A stretch of DNA of 64,000 bases from Hormiphora californensis (lineage: Eukaryota; Animalia; Ctenophora): positions 930,001 through 994,000 of the forward strand of contig CM035361.1 in NCBI GenBank assembly GCA_020137815.1, written 5' to 3'. Under the pieces are notes generated by a model that did not search any database, had not been told where the DNA came from, and worked only from the letters and a program-made list of their open reading frames with translations. A program made the position numbers and the translations under genes. Positions within the stretch are counted from its first letter, which is position 1. Each line of letters starts with the position of its first letter. Shown here in pieces: positions 25,496 to 46,164 of the stretch.

Positions 25496-26774
25496 ATGTC
25501 AAACAATGTGGAAATGTTAAACGGGACGGATGGTAAGGGAGACGAAGAGGAGGGAGAGGACTTCCCGACACTATCAGAAATGCTAGAAACTCTCCAAGCC
25601 CCAGAGTGGATATTCTACGTCATCATATCAGCAGTTTTATGTTTCTTCATAATAGGACTTGATATTAGAACGATCTTACAGCACAAAAAGTTTTCTACCC
25701 GTCACCCTCTTCAGTGCCAAACAACACTTGGTATTCTCCAGGTTAGACCGATCACGAATTTGATGTTACCTGCGTCCTGCAGTTGTCATGAAGTTCATGA
25801 CATGAACGGCGATCATTACACTACCAATAGCACGCAGATTAATGTCAATTTTGCTGTCAACGTCATTTAATCGTTTATCATCTTTATCATCTTTGACAGA
25901 TGTCAATAGCCTGTCAATTGTTATCCCTTGAAATGACTAAATATCCAATTATTTTCAGGTATACCCTATATACGCAATAATGCACGCAGCTGGTCTTATC
26001 ATCCCTAAAATGACAGAGCTCTGTTTGTACATCGCAGAAACATATGAAGCTCTAACCTTCCTGTTCTTCCTACGTCTCGTTCTGACATATCTGGGAGGAA
26101 AGAAAAGTACCAAAGCGACACTGAAAGGGGACCATGTCCATGTTAATGTGTTTCCACTGTGCTGTCTTTTCTGCTTTCCATCATTCAAGTTTACCAGAAA
26201 GTACTTCATTTTCTGTGAGTGGCTCGTCTACTCCTACGTCATTTTCTCCGTTGTCTTTGGGTTTGTGGAAATGGCTAACATTCTAGATCAAAGCCATGAT
26301 TATCCCGCAAACGTGGTTGAAGCGGATATCAGCCTTGCATACAACATTACTTCTCTAGCGCTCCTAGTAGTTGCAATTTACGGCCTATCAGGGATCTACC
26401 ACAGCGCTGAGGAGTACCTAAAGCACAGGGCGATTATCAAAAAGTTCCTAGTTTATAAGGTGTTTGTAACTCTTGCAAAGATTGAGGAGCTCCTGGTTGG
26501 GTCTCTAGTTAGTAAGGAGATAATCCATGAGGAGTGGAGGTTCAATAAAGTGTTCACAGCTGCTCTCCGTGCTCGGTTCATGGTGTCATTCCTGATTGTG
26601 GTCGAGGCGGCATTCTTCTTTCCCCTGGCGTGTCGGTGGTATGGTACTGAGGATTATGTGGCGTTGGAGGATGAAGGGAATCTGGCTAAAGATTTGGATG
26701 TGGTGATTGATGGGTTGGCAGAGATGGACAGGAATGGATGCCCACAGTCATTGGAGGGAGATAACAAGGTTTAG
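25496..26774 (+). CDS. Organic solute transporter alpha (SLC51A)/TMEM184-family multipass membrane protein, ~353 aa; exons 25496-25741 and 25959-26774
   Basis: Phase-0 GT-AG join gives ILQ|VYPIYAIMH...IPK...ETYEALTFLFFLRLVLTYLGG, then a Cys cluster PLCCLFCFP and KKF..K, with multiple hydrophobic helices typical of the Solute_trans_a family. Confidence 0.8.
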
Positions 26775-27039
26775 TAAGTTGTCAGAAAGTCTGAACAATA
26801 ATGCCACTAAAACATTGTCCAACAGTGCCCATTGTTGGTCAGAGTGCCTCCACTAAAACATTGTCCTATAAAAAAACAGCATGTCCAGTTATTAGTGTGT
26901 CTGGTAGAATCATTAATGGAACCGACCTCTCTCTTTCTCTCTCCAATACACAATGGATCGCATTTTTGCATGTGACTATCAACCACGTGTTGTCTATGTA
27001 CATAATGTAGGGAGAGAAAGAGTGAGAGAGAGAGAGAGA

Positions 27040-27132
<93 letters not shown>

Positions 27133-27754
27133 AATATAGTAGGTGATCGATCATACTAGGCTCGCATGCCATTTTCCCGTGTGGTTTTGTTTGTAGTCCA
27201 ACACTGTGCACAGTTATTCTCGTTGCTTGTATAGTGCGAACAGTACATCTTGTATTGCCCCCTGATACTTGGTTCCAACTGTTTACTGTATGAATGTGTG
27301 TTTTGAAATCGAGTTAGCAGATCAAAACAGATTAACAACTGAAAATGTTATATTTTTAAATGTATGGCCTATTTTTTTTAGATAATTTTAGAAACTAATT
27401 AACAGTGTAAATAATTAATTAACAGTTTTAATAATAATGTGTCTAGTTGCATGTTTTAACCAGTTGATTTTCGTTAAACTGACTTGTCGTTATTGCTCCC
27501 TGCCTTTTCGTCTCTGTTTCCTCTTTTTCCATTTATTTTCTCCTTCAATGTTTCTTTTGCGGTTATACTGTGTCAAATGACCGGTAATGAATGACTAAAT
27601 GCTAGACAGAAAAGTGAAAAGATAACTTATAATTACTTCCCGTCCCTTTGTCGCTTCATACCCCACCCCTTTATCTCTAATCTTTCTCTCCTTCAATTTG
27701 ACCCTTATAATTGACATCCTCTCTGTCTCTATTTCCAGGTTCCTAAATGATAAC

Positions 27755-36250
<8,496 letters not shown>

Positions 36251-36846
36251 ATATGAAGGAAATGACCAAATATGGAAGAATGATGATCCAGCTTTGAGTA
36301 CAACTTCAAGTTCAAGTTTTGAGCTTTACGATTAATATATTTACTCCATTTCCTATGGACTATTTGTTTTCTCACAAATCATTTGTTGTCACACATTCTC
36401 ACAAACCACTTCATATTATTGTCTCTGGGAGACTCTCTCGCTGGTCGGGGGATTTATAGGTCTGCGGGATCAGGAATTAGGATCTTATGTCCGGGTAGAC
36501 TGGTAGAGAAAGATATTAAACAACTACAGTATTTGTATGGTTATTGTTACGGCTTTCAGGGCAGGGCTCTTTTTACTAGGATACGTACTACGTAGACGTA
36601 GGGCAACGACTTGAAGATCTACTTATTCTACTTCTGATACTGAAATAGTTTGTTTGTTTGTTTGTTTGTGATTGCTGCGTCTGGAGGATGACAAATAGTT
36701 CTATAAAATTATATGAGTGTGAACTGTGAAGGTACTATTTAATACTGACGGCCGGCTATTATTTGATAAGTTAATTTACAATCAGTCTTTTTTGGGTTAA
36801 TATTTGTTTTGTGGCTATTTGTGTATTTAATCAATTATTAATTATA

Positions 36847-36908
36847 CACGGTCGCTTGTATTGGTGAAAAGGTGTTTGGACACCGTTTCTCCAATACAAG
36901 CGACCGTG
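36847..36908. mobile_element. 62-bp micro-MITE/hairpin with 18-bp perfect TIRs
   Basis: TA|CACGGTCGCTTGTATTGG...CCAATACAAGCGACCGTG. Confidence 0.75.
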
Positions 36909-37385
36909 TTAGTGGCTTATTCTAGCAGCTGTGACGAGCATACGACAGTATATTTGTGTTTATTTGACGGATTCCTATCAAAATTATTAAATATAAATTG
37001 ATGTTTTTCATTTCGAGGCCAGGTGGATACTGGAGTCCAGAACATGATGTTCAGACTTCAGTATATTGAGGTCTGTGTAGACGTGTTGGCACTGTACTTG
37101 GCGTTTGGCAATGGCAATCAAGTGATTCATTCCCTTTCGTGATTAATCTGTCAAAGTATTGACTATTGACCTGAATCATCTGAATTCTGAATCACTTGAT
37201 TGCCCAACACTACACCGACACGACACTGTAGTAACTGCATCTTCGGCCTGGCGTAAGACTGCTCACTGAGAGCCGAGAGGTGCCTGCAGGATTGGAATAT
37301 GTCACTGACATTGTCAGCGAGACGGACGTCGGACGTGACGTCGTGACACTGAAAATGCCATGCCCATGGCCATTTACTTCATGTA

Positions 37386-38021
37386 CACGGTGTTCATTTT
37401 GGATCTTTACAAGCGTTGGGCTTCACCCAGAAAAAAGTTGACAAAATTAGCTTATGAAACTTCATACTTGGACTATTCTATACCCTCATTCAAGGTTCCT
37501 GGTCGTTTCGGAGCTCTAGCACCCCGGGAAGTATGTTTTTGCCATCAAAACTACCAGAAGGAATTTTTTGCTGGTGCTGAGACTTTGCTAAAATGTTTTT
37601 TGGGTATTTTCTATGTCAAACCCAAAGTTTTATGATGATTGGATGTGTTTTTCGGTCTCAGAATTTCGAAAAAAGTGGCTGGAATGACTCTAAACGGCTC
37701 AAAAATTGACATTTTAGAGTCTTTCCAGCCACTTTTTTCGAAAATCTGAGACCGAAAAACACATCCAATCATCATAAAACTTTGGGTTTGACATAGAAAA
37801 TACCCAAAAAACATTTTAACAAAGTCTCAGCACCAGCAAAAAATTCCTTCTGGTAGTTTTGATGCCAAAAACACACTTCCCGGGGTGCTAGAGCTCCGAA
37901 ACCACCAGGAACCTTGAATGAGGGTATAGAATAGTCCAAGTATGAAGTTTCATAAGCTAATTTTGTCAACTTTTTTCTGGGTGAAGCCCAACGCTTGTAA
38001 AGATCCAAAATGAACACCCTG
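37386..38021. mobile_element. Foldback MITE family A copy 2 (636 bp), TA duplication; termini indicate opposite orientation to copy 1
   Basis: TA|CACGGTGTTCATTTTGG...CCAAAATGAACACCCTG|TA. Confidence 0.92.
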
Positions 38022-38436
38022 TACTACTACCATACTACAAAGACTCCATCCAGCTCACTCAGCTCAGTCTTTCAGACTCCTGGACTGGGACAGTGGACCT
38101 GAGCTGCACCGGGTTCCCCGGCCTACTGGACCAGTAGGCCGGGGTATAGGTGGAGGTCTAGAGATTTACTTGGAAGCATACACTAGTGAGAGCTTAGACC
38201 TGACTATGAGACATAACATGAGCTTCTTTCAATGGTTTCATCTCAAGAGACCGCGATGGCATATATTTGTAAAGTTGACTGCGCAGTAAAGCCGCGCGAA
38301 ATTTCGAGCTTTTAATGCATGCGCGTTGTAAAAACTGAGCTCATATCAGGTGAGTTGCAAAAGTCAAGGCTGTTCACAGTTTTTGTTTGGCATGCGCTGC
38401 AGACCCCAAGTGCGCGCGTTTTCCACGGCTTCTAGG

Positions 38437-38580
38437 TAGTGGAAGCTCTTACGGTATTCCCACGACCGTGGGAAAAGAGAGATAGATAGAAATACTAAGA
38501 GAGAGAAATTTATCTCTCTTAGTATTTCTATCTATCTCTCTTTTCCCACGACCGTGGGAATACCGTAAGAGCTTCCACTA
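38437..38580. mobile_element. Palindromic MITE family D (TAGTGGAAGCTCTTACGG termini); 60-bp sister copy at 63689-63748
   Basis: Near-perfect 144-bp palindrome; the same 18-bp termini recur at 63689-63748. Confidence 0.88.
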
Positions 38581-38840
38581 AGGGCCTGTAGCATAGGCCA
38601 AAGTTTTTGTCCCAAAAAAGAGGCTGTTCACAGTTTTTTTACAAAAAAGTTGGAACCTCTTGTAATTTTACGTTTCTGCCATCCATCTGTGGATTTTGTT
38701 AACTTAAGACATCAAGCTTTGCCTATCTTCAACTAATATGTTATTTTTAATAAACTTTCAATATTTTTTCCCCCATTATTTCCATAGTTTGATGCACAGT
38801 TGACCCAGTGGCATCGCTCGGCACACGACTCCTTAGAACC

Positions 38841-41800
38841 ATGTCCACAGCAAAGCGTGATTTTCTCATTGGCATTGAGAAGAAGTATCAGGGATTATGG
38901 GAGCAAGAAAAGTTGTATGAAGGGGTCGTAAAAGACCCTGAAGAACCGAAATACTTCGCCACAATCCCTTACCCGTACATGAATGGCAGGCTACATTTGG
39001 GTCACTGTTTCACCATCACAAAAGTTGACTATGCTACGAGATATCAGCGTCTGAAAGGGAAGAACACCCTCTTCCCTTTTGCATACCATTGCACAGGCAT
39101 GCCAATCAAGGCATGTGCTGATAAGCTCAAATACGAGATGGCAACCTTTGGATGTCCTCCAGTTTTCCCCGAAGAGGTAGCTGCGGAGGTTGTCGAGGAA
39201 GAGATAGACTTCGAGAAAGATCCAGCGGCTTACGAAAAGAAAAAGGGGAAAATGCAGATGAAGTTCGGTGACACAAAGTACCAGTGGTCGATCATGGAAG
39301 GAATGGGAATCCCTAAAACAGAGATCCCAAAGTTTGCAGACACGGCCTACTGGTTGACTTACTTCCCGCCCCACTGCATGGACGACCTGAAGGGAATGGG
39401 TCTGGGAGCTGACTGGAGGAGAGGATTTATCACAACCGATGTTAACCCTTACTACGACTCCTTTGTCAGGTGGCATTTTAACACCCTGAAAGCAAAGAAC
39501 AAGATCAAGTTTGGTAAGCGTTACTCGGTATTCTCACCCAAAGACAAACAGCCCTGCATGGACCACGACAGAAAATCTGGTGAGGGAGTTGGCCCTCAGG
39601 AGTACACCGGTATCAAAATCAAACTTCATTCGCCCCTTCCATCTGCCCTAAAGTCTCTGGAAGGTAGAGATGTCTTCCTTGTTGCTGCCACCCTCCGACC
39701 AGAAACAATGTACGGACAAACCAACTGTTTCGTGAAGGATGACATCGACTACATTGCGTTTGATGCCCTAAATAACGAAGTATTTGTAACCACGATGAGG
39801 GCTGCAAGGAACATGGCGTACCAGGAATTAACCCCTGATTATGGAAAGGTGAATGTGCTGGTAAAGCTGACTGGGTCGGATCTAATGGGAGCTGCGATTA
39901 AAGCACCACGTGCTCAGTTTGAGAAGTTGTACGTGCTCCCAATGATGGGTGTCAAGCCGAACAAGGGAACTGGAATTGTGACGAGTGTGCCCGGTGACGC
40001 ACCGGATGATTATGCCGCACTGATGGACCTAAAGAATAAGCAGCCGCTGAGGGAGAAGTATGGGATTACGGACGATATGGTGAAGTTTGATCCTGTTCCC
40101 ATTATCAATGTTCCCGGTTTTGGAGATTTGTGTGCCGTGATGGCATGTGAACAGATGAAAGTGAACTCCCAAAATGACAAAGACAAGCTGTTGTTAGCGA
40201 AGGAGAAATGTTACAGAAAAGGTTTTGATGAAGGAGTATTGTTGGTTGGCAACCACAAGGGAGAGATGGTGAAGATTGCAAAGCCTCTGATCAAGGAGGA
40301 AATGGTGGCGTGTGGCGAGGCATTCAAGTACCAAGAACCGGAGAAGGAGATTATCTCACGGTCGGGTGATGAGTGTGTCATTGCCCTTTGTGACCAGTGG
40401 TTCCTGACCTACGGAGAGGAGGGTTGGAAAGCGAAGACGGATGAATGTCTAAAGAATGTTGAGTGTTACTTTGAGGATACTCGACAGGCGTTTGAACGTA
40501 CCATGGCTTGGCTTCATGAGCATGCATGTTCCAGGAGTTTCGGACTTGGAACAAAGCTGCCTTGGGATGAGCAATGGTTGGTTGAATCACTGTCTGATAG
40601 TACCATCTACATGGCTTACTACACCGTGGCTCACTATCTTCAGGGCGATATCTATGGATCTACACCGGGAGCACTCGAGATCAAACCTGAGCAGATGACC
40701 CACGAAGTATGGGACTACATTTACTTCAAATCCGCTGCATACCCATCCAATAGTACTCTCTCCAAGGACACTCTGGAGACTCTACGACGGGAATTCCAGT
40801 ATTGGTACCCGGTTGATCTGAGGTCGTCCGGGAAAGATCTCGTCCAGAACCATCTGACCTACTGGCTGTACAACCACACGGCTGTGTGGTCTGACGAGCC
40901 GGAGATGTGGCCAAGAAGTGTCCGGGCTAATGGCCATCTGCTGATGGATGGAGAGAAAATGAGTAAATCTCTGGGGAACATTATCTCCCTCGCCCAGGGA
41001 GTTCAGATCTACTCCGCTGATGGAATGAGGCTGGCTCTAGCTGATGCTGGTGATGTCCTTGAGGATGCAAACTTCAACACGAAACAAGCCAACGCTGGAA
41101 TCCTCCGACTCCACACTTTCGCAGAGTGGGTCACGGAGATTGTCGCTCAACTGCCAACAATGCGAACTGGTCCTACCACATCCCAGTTGTACGATAGGAT
41201 CTTTGCCAACGACATCAACAGAGCACTTTCCCAGACTGATGTCCACTTTGGTAATACCATGTTTAGGGAGGGACTAAAAACAGGATTTTATGAGTTCCTA
41301 AGTGCCAGGGACAGGTACAAGGAGCTAGCAGCGGCCGGTCTTGGAATGCACCGTGGCCTGGTTGAGAGGTACCTCCGAGCTCAGATCATTATTCTGACCC
41401 CGATCTGTCCGCACATGTGTGATTACCTGTGGAGGGAGGTGATGGGAGAGAGTAGTAGTGTGGTGGGCGCAGCATGGCCAGAGGCTGGACCTGTCGATGA
41501 TTCCCTGACCAAGGCTTCGGAGCATTTGATGGAGTGTGTCCATGATTTCAGGTAAGAGAGATGTGAAAACCTTACTTTATTGGGAATACCGGAATCTTAC
41601 GTTATTTTGCGTTTACCGAGGCATGATTTGGGTTCGAAATTCAGTTTCTTTAAATAACTTTCCTCCAGGATCAAGTTGATTAATTACACGAAGCCAAACA
41701 CTAAAAAGGGTAAGGCCATCACCCCCAATGAGCCTCCTAACAGTATTACAGTTATCTACGCTAATGACTACCCCGCTTGGCAGGTTAGTGTTTGATGGGA

Positions 41801-43389
41801 AGCATGACATTTTCACCTCAAAATTCCACCTTGAGGGTGACACCTAATTAAGGAAGTGTCAAACTTCGTGTGTTGACCACTATTTATAGAAATGATTTGA
41901 CATTCCAATTTAACAGAACTTGACCCCCATTTTATATTAATTTCACCACCCCTACATAGGAGAAAACGCTAGACTACCTAAAATCAACATACAACGCAGC
42001 TGAAAACTCCTTCCCGGATAATAAGGCGCTCCTGCAACACCTCAAAACCATCCCAGAAGTGAAGCCGTTCATGAAGAAGCTGATGCCTTTCGTGGCTTAT
42101 GTGAAGGAGCAGGTCGCTGTGAAAGGTAGGTTAGTTTGTGAAGGAGCAGGTCGCTGTGAAAGGTAAGTTACTTAACCGTAACTTAACTTACCGTAAGTGG
42201 GTAAAAGTTTCTGTCAAAGTCGTGAAAGGTACAAGTTGTTATGGGTGTGTCACCGTGCGACCTGTGTGTGTGTGTGTGAGTTTGTATACTTTGTAACACG
42301 CTGCGTAATATCCTGTTTGTTGTACCTGCACTGTCCACGCTTGCTATTCTGTGGCAAATACTGTGGAATGTTCTTGTAGCTGAAGATTTAGTCATATTCA
42401 TGGTTTAGTGAAGACAATAATTGGACTAATTAGCATATTAGAGGGGGTGTAATTAAGGATTTCTCACCAACACCACAGAATGTAGAAATTGTTGTCAAGT
42501 AACACCAATCACCATTCGATAGTGATCTACACAGTGCAATGTAGTATTACATTCTCCACTCTACACAATGTAGTATCCGCCCTTCACAATGTGGAAGATT
42601 ACACACACACTCTCCCAGGTGTCTCAGTTCTGGAGTCCCACCTGTCCTTCAGTGAACGAGATCTGTTCCTCCAAAACAAGGAGTACATCCTCCGCTCTCT
42701 GGATCTGGATGACATTCAACTAGTAGAATCAGCCAGCCACCCTGACCAGAAACTGGTAGCTGATGTGTGTCCTGGGAAGCCAATGTGTAAATTTGAGAAG
42801 AGATCTCTCAACCCTACTACCTCATCCAAGATGACGAGGGTTGTTAATATCCAGCCGTGTACCCCTCATTTTTCTCTGGATGTTCCTGTTTTTGATGCTG
42901 ATACGGTGGAGGATGTGATAGCGAGGATGAAGAGGATGGATAGGAAATTGAAAACGAAACAAGTCACTCTCTACAGGTAATTTTCCCCCAAGTTTAGCAT
43001 TTTGTAGGAAACAAAACCTTGCACCTCGAATCTCGATATATGCCGTGTATTCTTACGTACATGTTCATACTACAGCTACAGTAATTGGACACTATTATTT
43101 CAAAATTATTTCAAACTTGATACCCCTCCCCGCCCTTGCCTGGCTAGACTGTGTTTCGGGCACACGATGTAAAGGGAGGGTTAGAACATTTAACAACCCC
43201 GCCCAAGGTTATCCATCCGCCAGGTATGTTGACTCAGCTAAGGGACCCCGCCAGATGCTCGCATTTGATCAGCCCATGATGTGGAACAAGAGGCAACTTG
43301 ATCTAGACAGCACTGTGGAGTATGAGGAGGCTGGGTTGAAGGTGGGGGGCAAACAGCTCGGTGACACGATATGTTATACCGTCAGTTAG
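38841..43389 (+). CDS. LARS1: Cytosolic (eukaryote/archaeal-type) leucyl-tRNA synthetase; exons 38841-41551, 41669-41783, 41960-42125, 42619-42976, 43224-43389
   Basis: PYPYMNGRLHLGH (HIGH motif), CP1 editing motifs ATLRPET and KGTGIVTSVP, ESLSDSTIYMAYY, GKDLVQNHL, KMSKS. Downstream exons join in phase (YPAWQ, KKLMPFV, CPGKP). Confidence 0.97.
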
Positions 43390-45272
43390 ATGTTGATTTG
43401 ATAAGAGCGTGAACCCCTGGGCATGAACCCCTGCGCAGCCAATTACAATCAATTATGTGTGGTATCAACTAATCTCTAGGTTATTTTGAAGCACGTGGTT
43501 TTTAGGTTTTTTGTCCGGTTTTTAGTGTGATTTAAATATTAAATATACATCGAGGGATTATTTAACAAGTGGTATCTAGTTTTTTGTATCCTTATTTAAA
43601 TCACTAGTTGAACTAGAAAATATATGGCTGAGCCATTGAGTTAACCATGACTGAATAATTTAACTTATTTTCCACCCATCAGCAGTGTTTTAACTGATTA
43701 GTCCCACATTATAAACCTCTTTTATTTTTCCCTTGGATGACAATTTGATGTTTTATTCCTGACTTCAATCATGTTCCTAACCCCACCCCCCCCCCCCACG
43801 CGACAACCCCCCCAACACCCCCCCCCCCCCCCCAGCAACCACCCCCCTCCCTGACTTTGGAATTTTGACTTTTCATTAATATATGATGGCCTCCCTTCTC
43901 AGTTGGTTACGAAGTCACCCCTTAATATTTCATATAGGCTCGCGCCCACTGGGGCGCTCGCGCGGAGGGGTAATTTCATTACCAACCTTCTCAGCAACTC
44001 CCTAGATGTCTTTTCTATTTTCTACAACTGACTGTACGATCATTAACAAAGAAAGCCAAGCCTTCCTACAGTGCTGTCTCTCTGAACAGAAGAGCTCGAG
44101 AGATGATCTCATAGACTCTATTCTCATGCTCTGCTCTCTCTCTCTCTCTCTCCAGATCCCGCAAATCAGAGCCCAGCGCGGCGCGCTTGCAATCGGCAGT
44201 TAAATAAAGTGATAGACAAACGCCCAATAGTATGCTAGGAAGTAATCATGGCCGCCCTGGGTAAAAACCGGTTTAGTTCATGGTTATATTTTTGAATTTT
44301 AAAAAAAGGGGGGGGGGAAAAAAAGGGGAAGGGGAAAGCGGGTGAAAAAAAAAAAGCGCCCCAAAAAAAGGGGCCCCCCCCAAAAAAAAAAAAAAAGGGA
44401 AAAAAACTCAGAAAAAGCCCCCAAAAAAAAAAGAATAAAAAAATTTTTAAAAAAAACCCCCTTTAATTTTTAAAATTTTTTTTTTTTTGGGCCCCCCCCC
44501 AAAAACCCCCCCCCAAAAAGGAAAAAAAGAAACCCCCCCCCAAAATTTTTTTCCCTTTCAAAATTTTGGACCCCCCGGGGGGGAAAAAAAAAGGGAGGGG
44601 AAAAAAAAGGGAAAAGGGGGAAAAAAGGGGGGGAAGAAAAAAAGGGGTTTGGGGGGGGGAAAAAAGGGGGAAGGAGGGGAGAGGAGAGGAGAGGAGAAAA
44701 GGGAAAAAAGGGAGAGAGAGAGAGAGAGGGGAAGGAGGGAGAGGAGGAGGGAAGGGAAGGAGCGAGAGAAGAGGCGGAGGAGAGAGAGAGAGAGGAGGAA
44801 AGAAGAGGAGAGAGGGAGGGGCCCGGAGAGACTTTGAGGACTTGAGAGAGTTAAAAGGAGAGAAGCCGGGGCCGCGCGCGAGGAAGAAGACCCGAGACGA
44901 AAGAGGGGCAGAGAAGCCGCGGATTGTTTAAATATAGGAAGATTTGAAGGTAGAGTGCACCCTAGAGATTAGCTGCGCCGGCTCCGGAGGGATTTACAAC
45001 TTCTCAGAACTCTAGATGTCTTTTTTAAAACTGGATCATACTAAGCTCCGCCCTGGTCTCTATAGAAATTCGTCTTCTCTCTCTCGCTCTATGTCCTCTC
45101 TTCTCTTCCTTCTCCCCTCTCTCTCTCATACTCTTCTTCCTACCCCCTTCCAGCATAGTCACATGCCCAGAAGTTCAATTAATCATGGCAAGCTCTAAAG
45201 TCAAATAGGACAGTTTTGTTCAATAGCTTGGTTTCTTTTTAATGGCATTTTATCAGACAGGAAAAGGACGCA

Positions 45273-45313
<41 letters not shown>

Positions 45314-45314
45314 C

Positions 45315-45357
<43 letters not shown>

Positions 45358-45374
45358 GTCAGACAGACAGACAC

Positions 45375-45421
<47 letters not shown>

Positions 45422-45457
45422 CACAGACAGACAGACACACAGACAGACAGACAGACA
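45273..45457. repeat. (GACA)n microsatellite
   Basis: Direct inspection. Confidence 0.95.
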
Positions 45458-45927
45458 TGAATTGTATAATAGTCGAAGCTAGACAGACTGAAAACTGAGT
45501 GTAGAAAGACAATAGGAAGAAGACTACCTTTTGTGTAAAGTTTCCTCCCACTCATACAAGCTGTATGTTCATTGTTGTAAGTGTTACTGGTATTAAAGTT
45601 TTCTAAACTTCTATTTAGAGAAAATAAGAGTTAGTCTGACAAAGTATCGCTAATTCTGAACTTCAGACTGGAAGTGGAACGTGGCAAGTCACTAGTGCAG
45701 AACCGTACGTCATACCGTTTTATTATCAAATCAAAAAGATATACCCCCAGCGACAATGACTTGCCTATAATGTTTTTACTTCTCTATCCCCCTCTCTCAC
45801 TCTATCTCATTCTCTCCTCTCTCTTCCTCCTCCGACGGGCAACGTCACTCGACACACCCATCAGAGAGACAGAGCTGTAGAAGGGTATTTATATTGAAAC
45901 ATCCTGCTTCACAAACCTTCCCCCACA

Positions 45928-45979
<52 letters not shown>

Positions 45980-46164
45980 GGGTGCCGCACCACGAGGAAC
46001 TATGTACGTGTAGCCTTGCTTGTTGTCGTACATCTCTTTCCCTCCTAGAATATGTTCTGAAGCAGTGTATGAGTGTGTTGCTATACACCTTCAATCCAAA
46101 GTCATGGCTCCTGCTTGAATCTCATGTGGTCTCTTGTTTAGTGTCCCTTCTAAACTAGGTGGTT

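Noticed and set aside
44280-44930. Lys/Gly/Arg-rich ORFs
   Set aside because: Homopolymer-inflated, low-complexity sequence typical of poor-quality reads.
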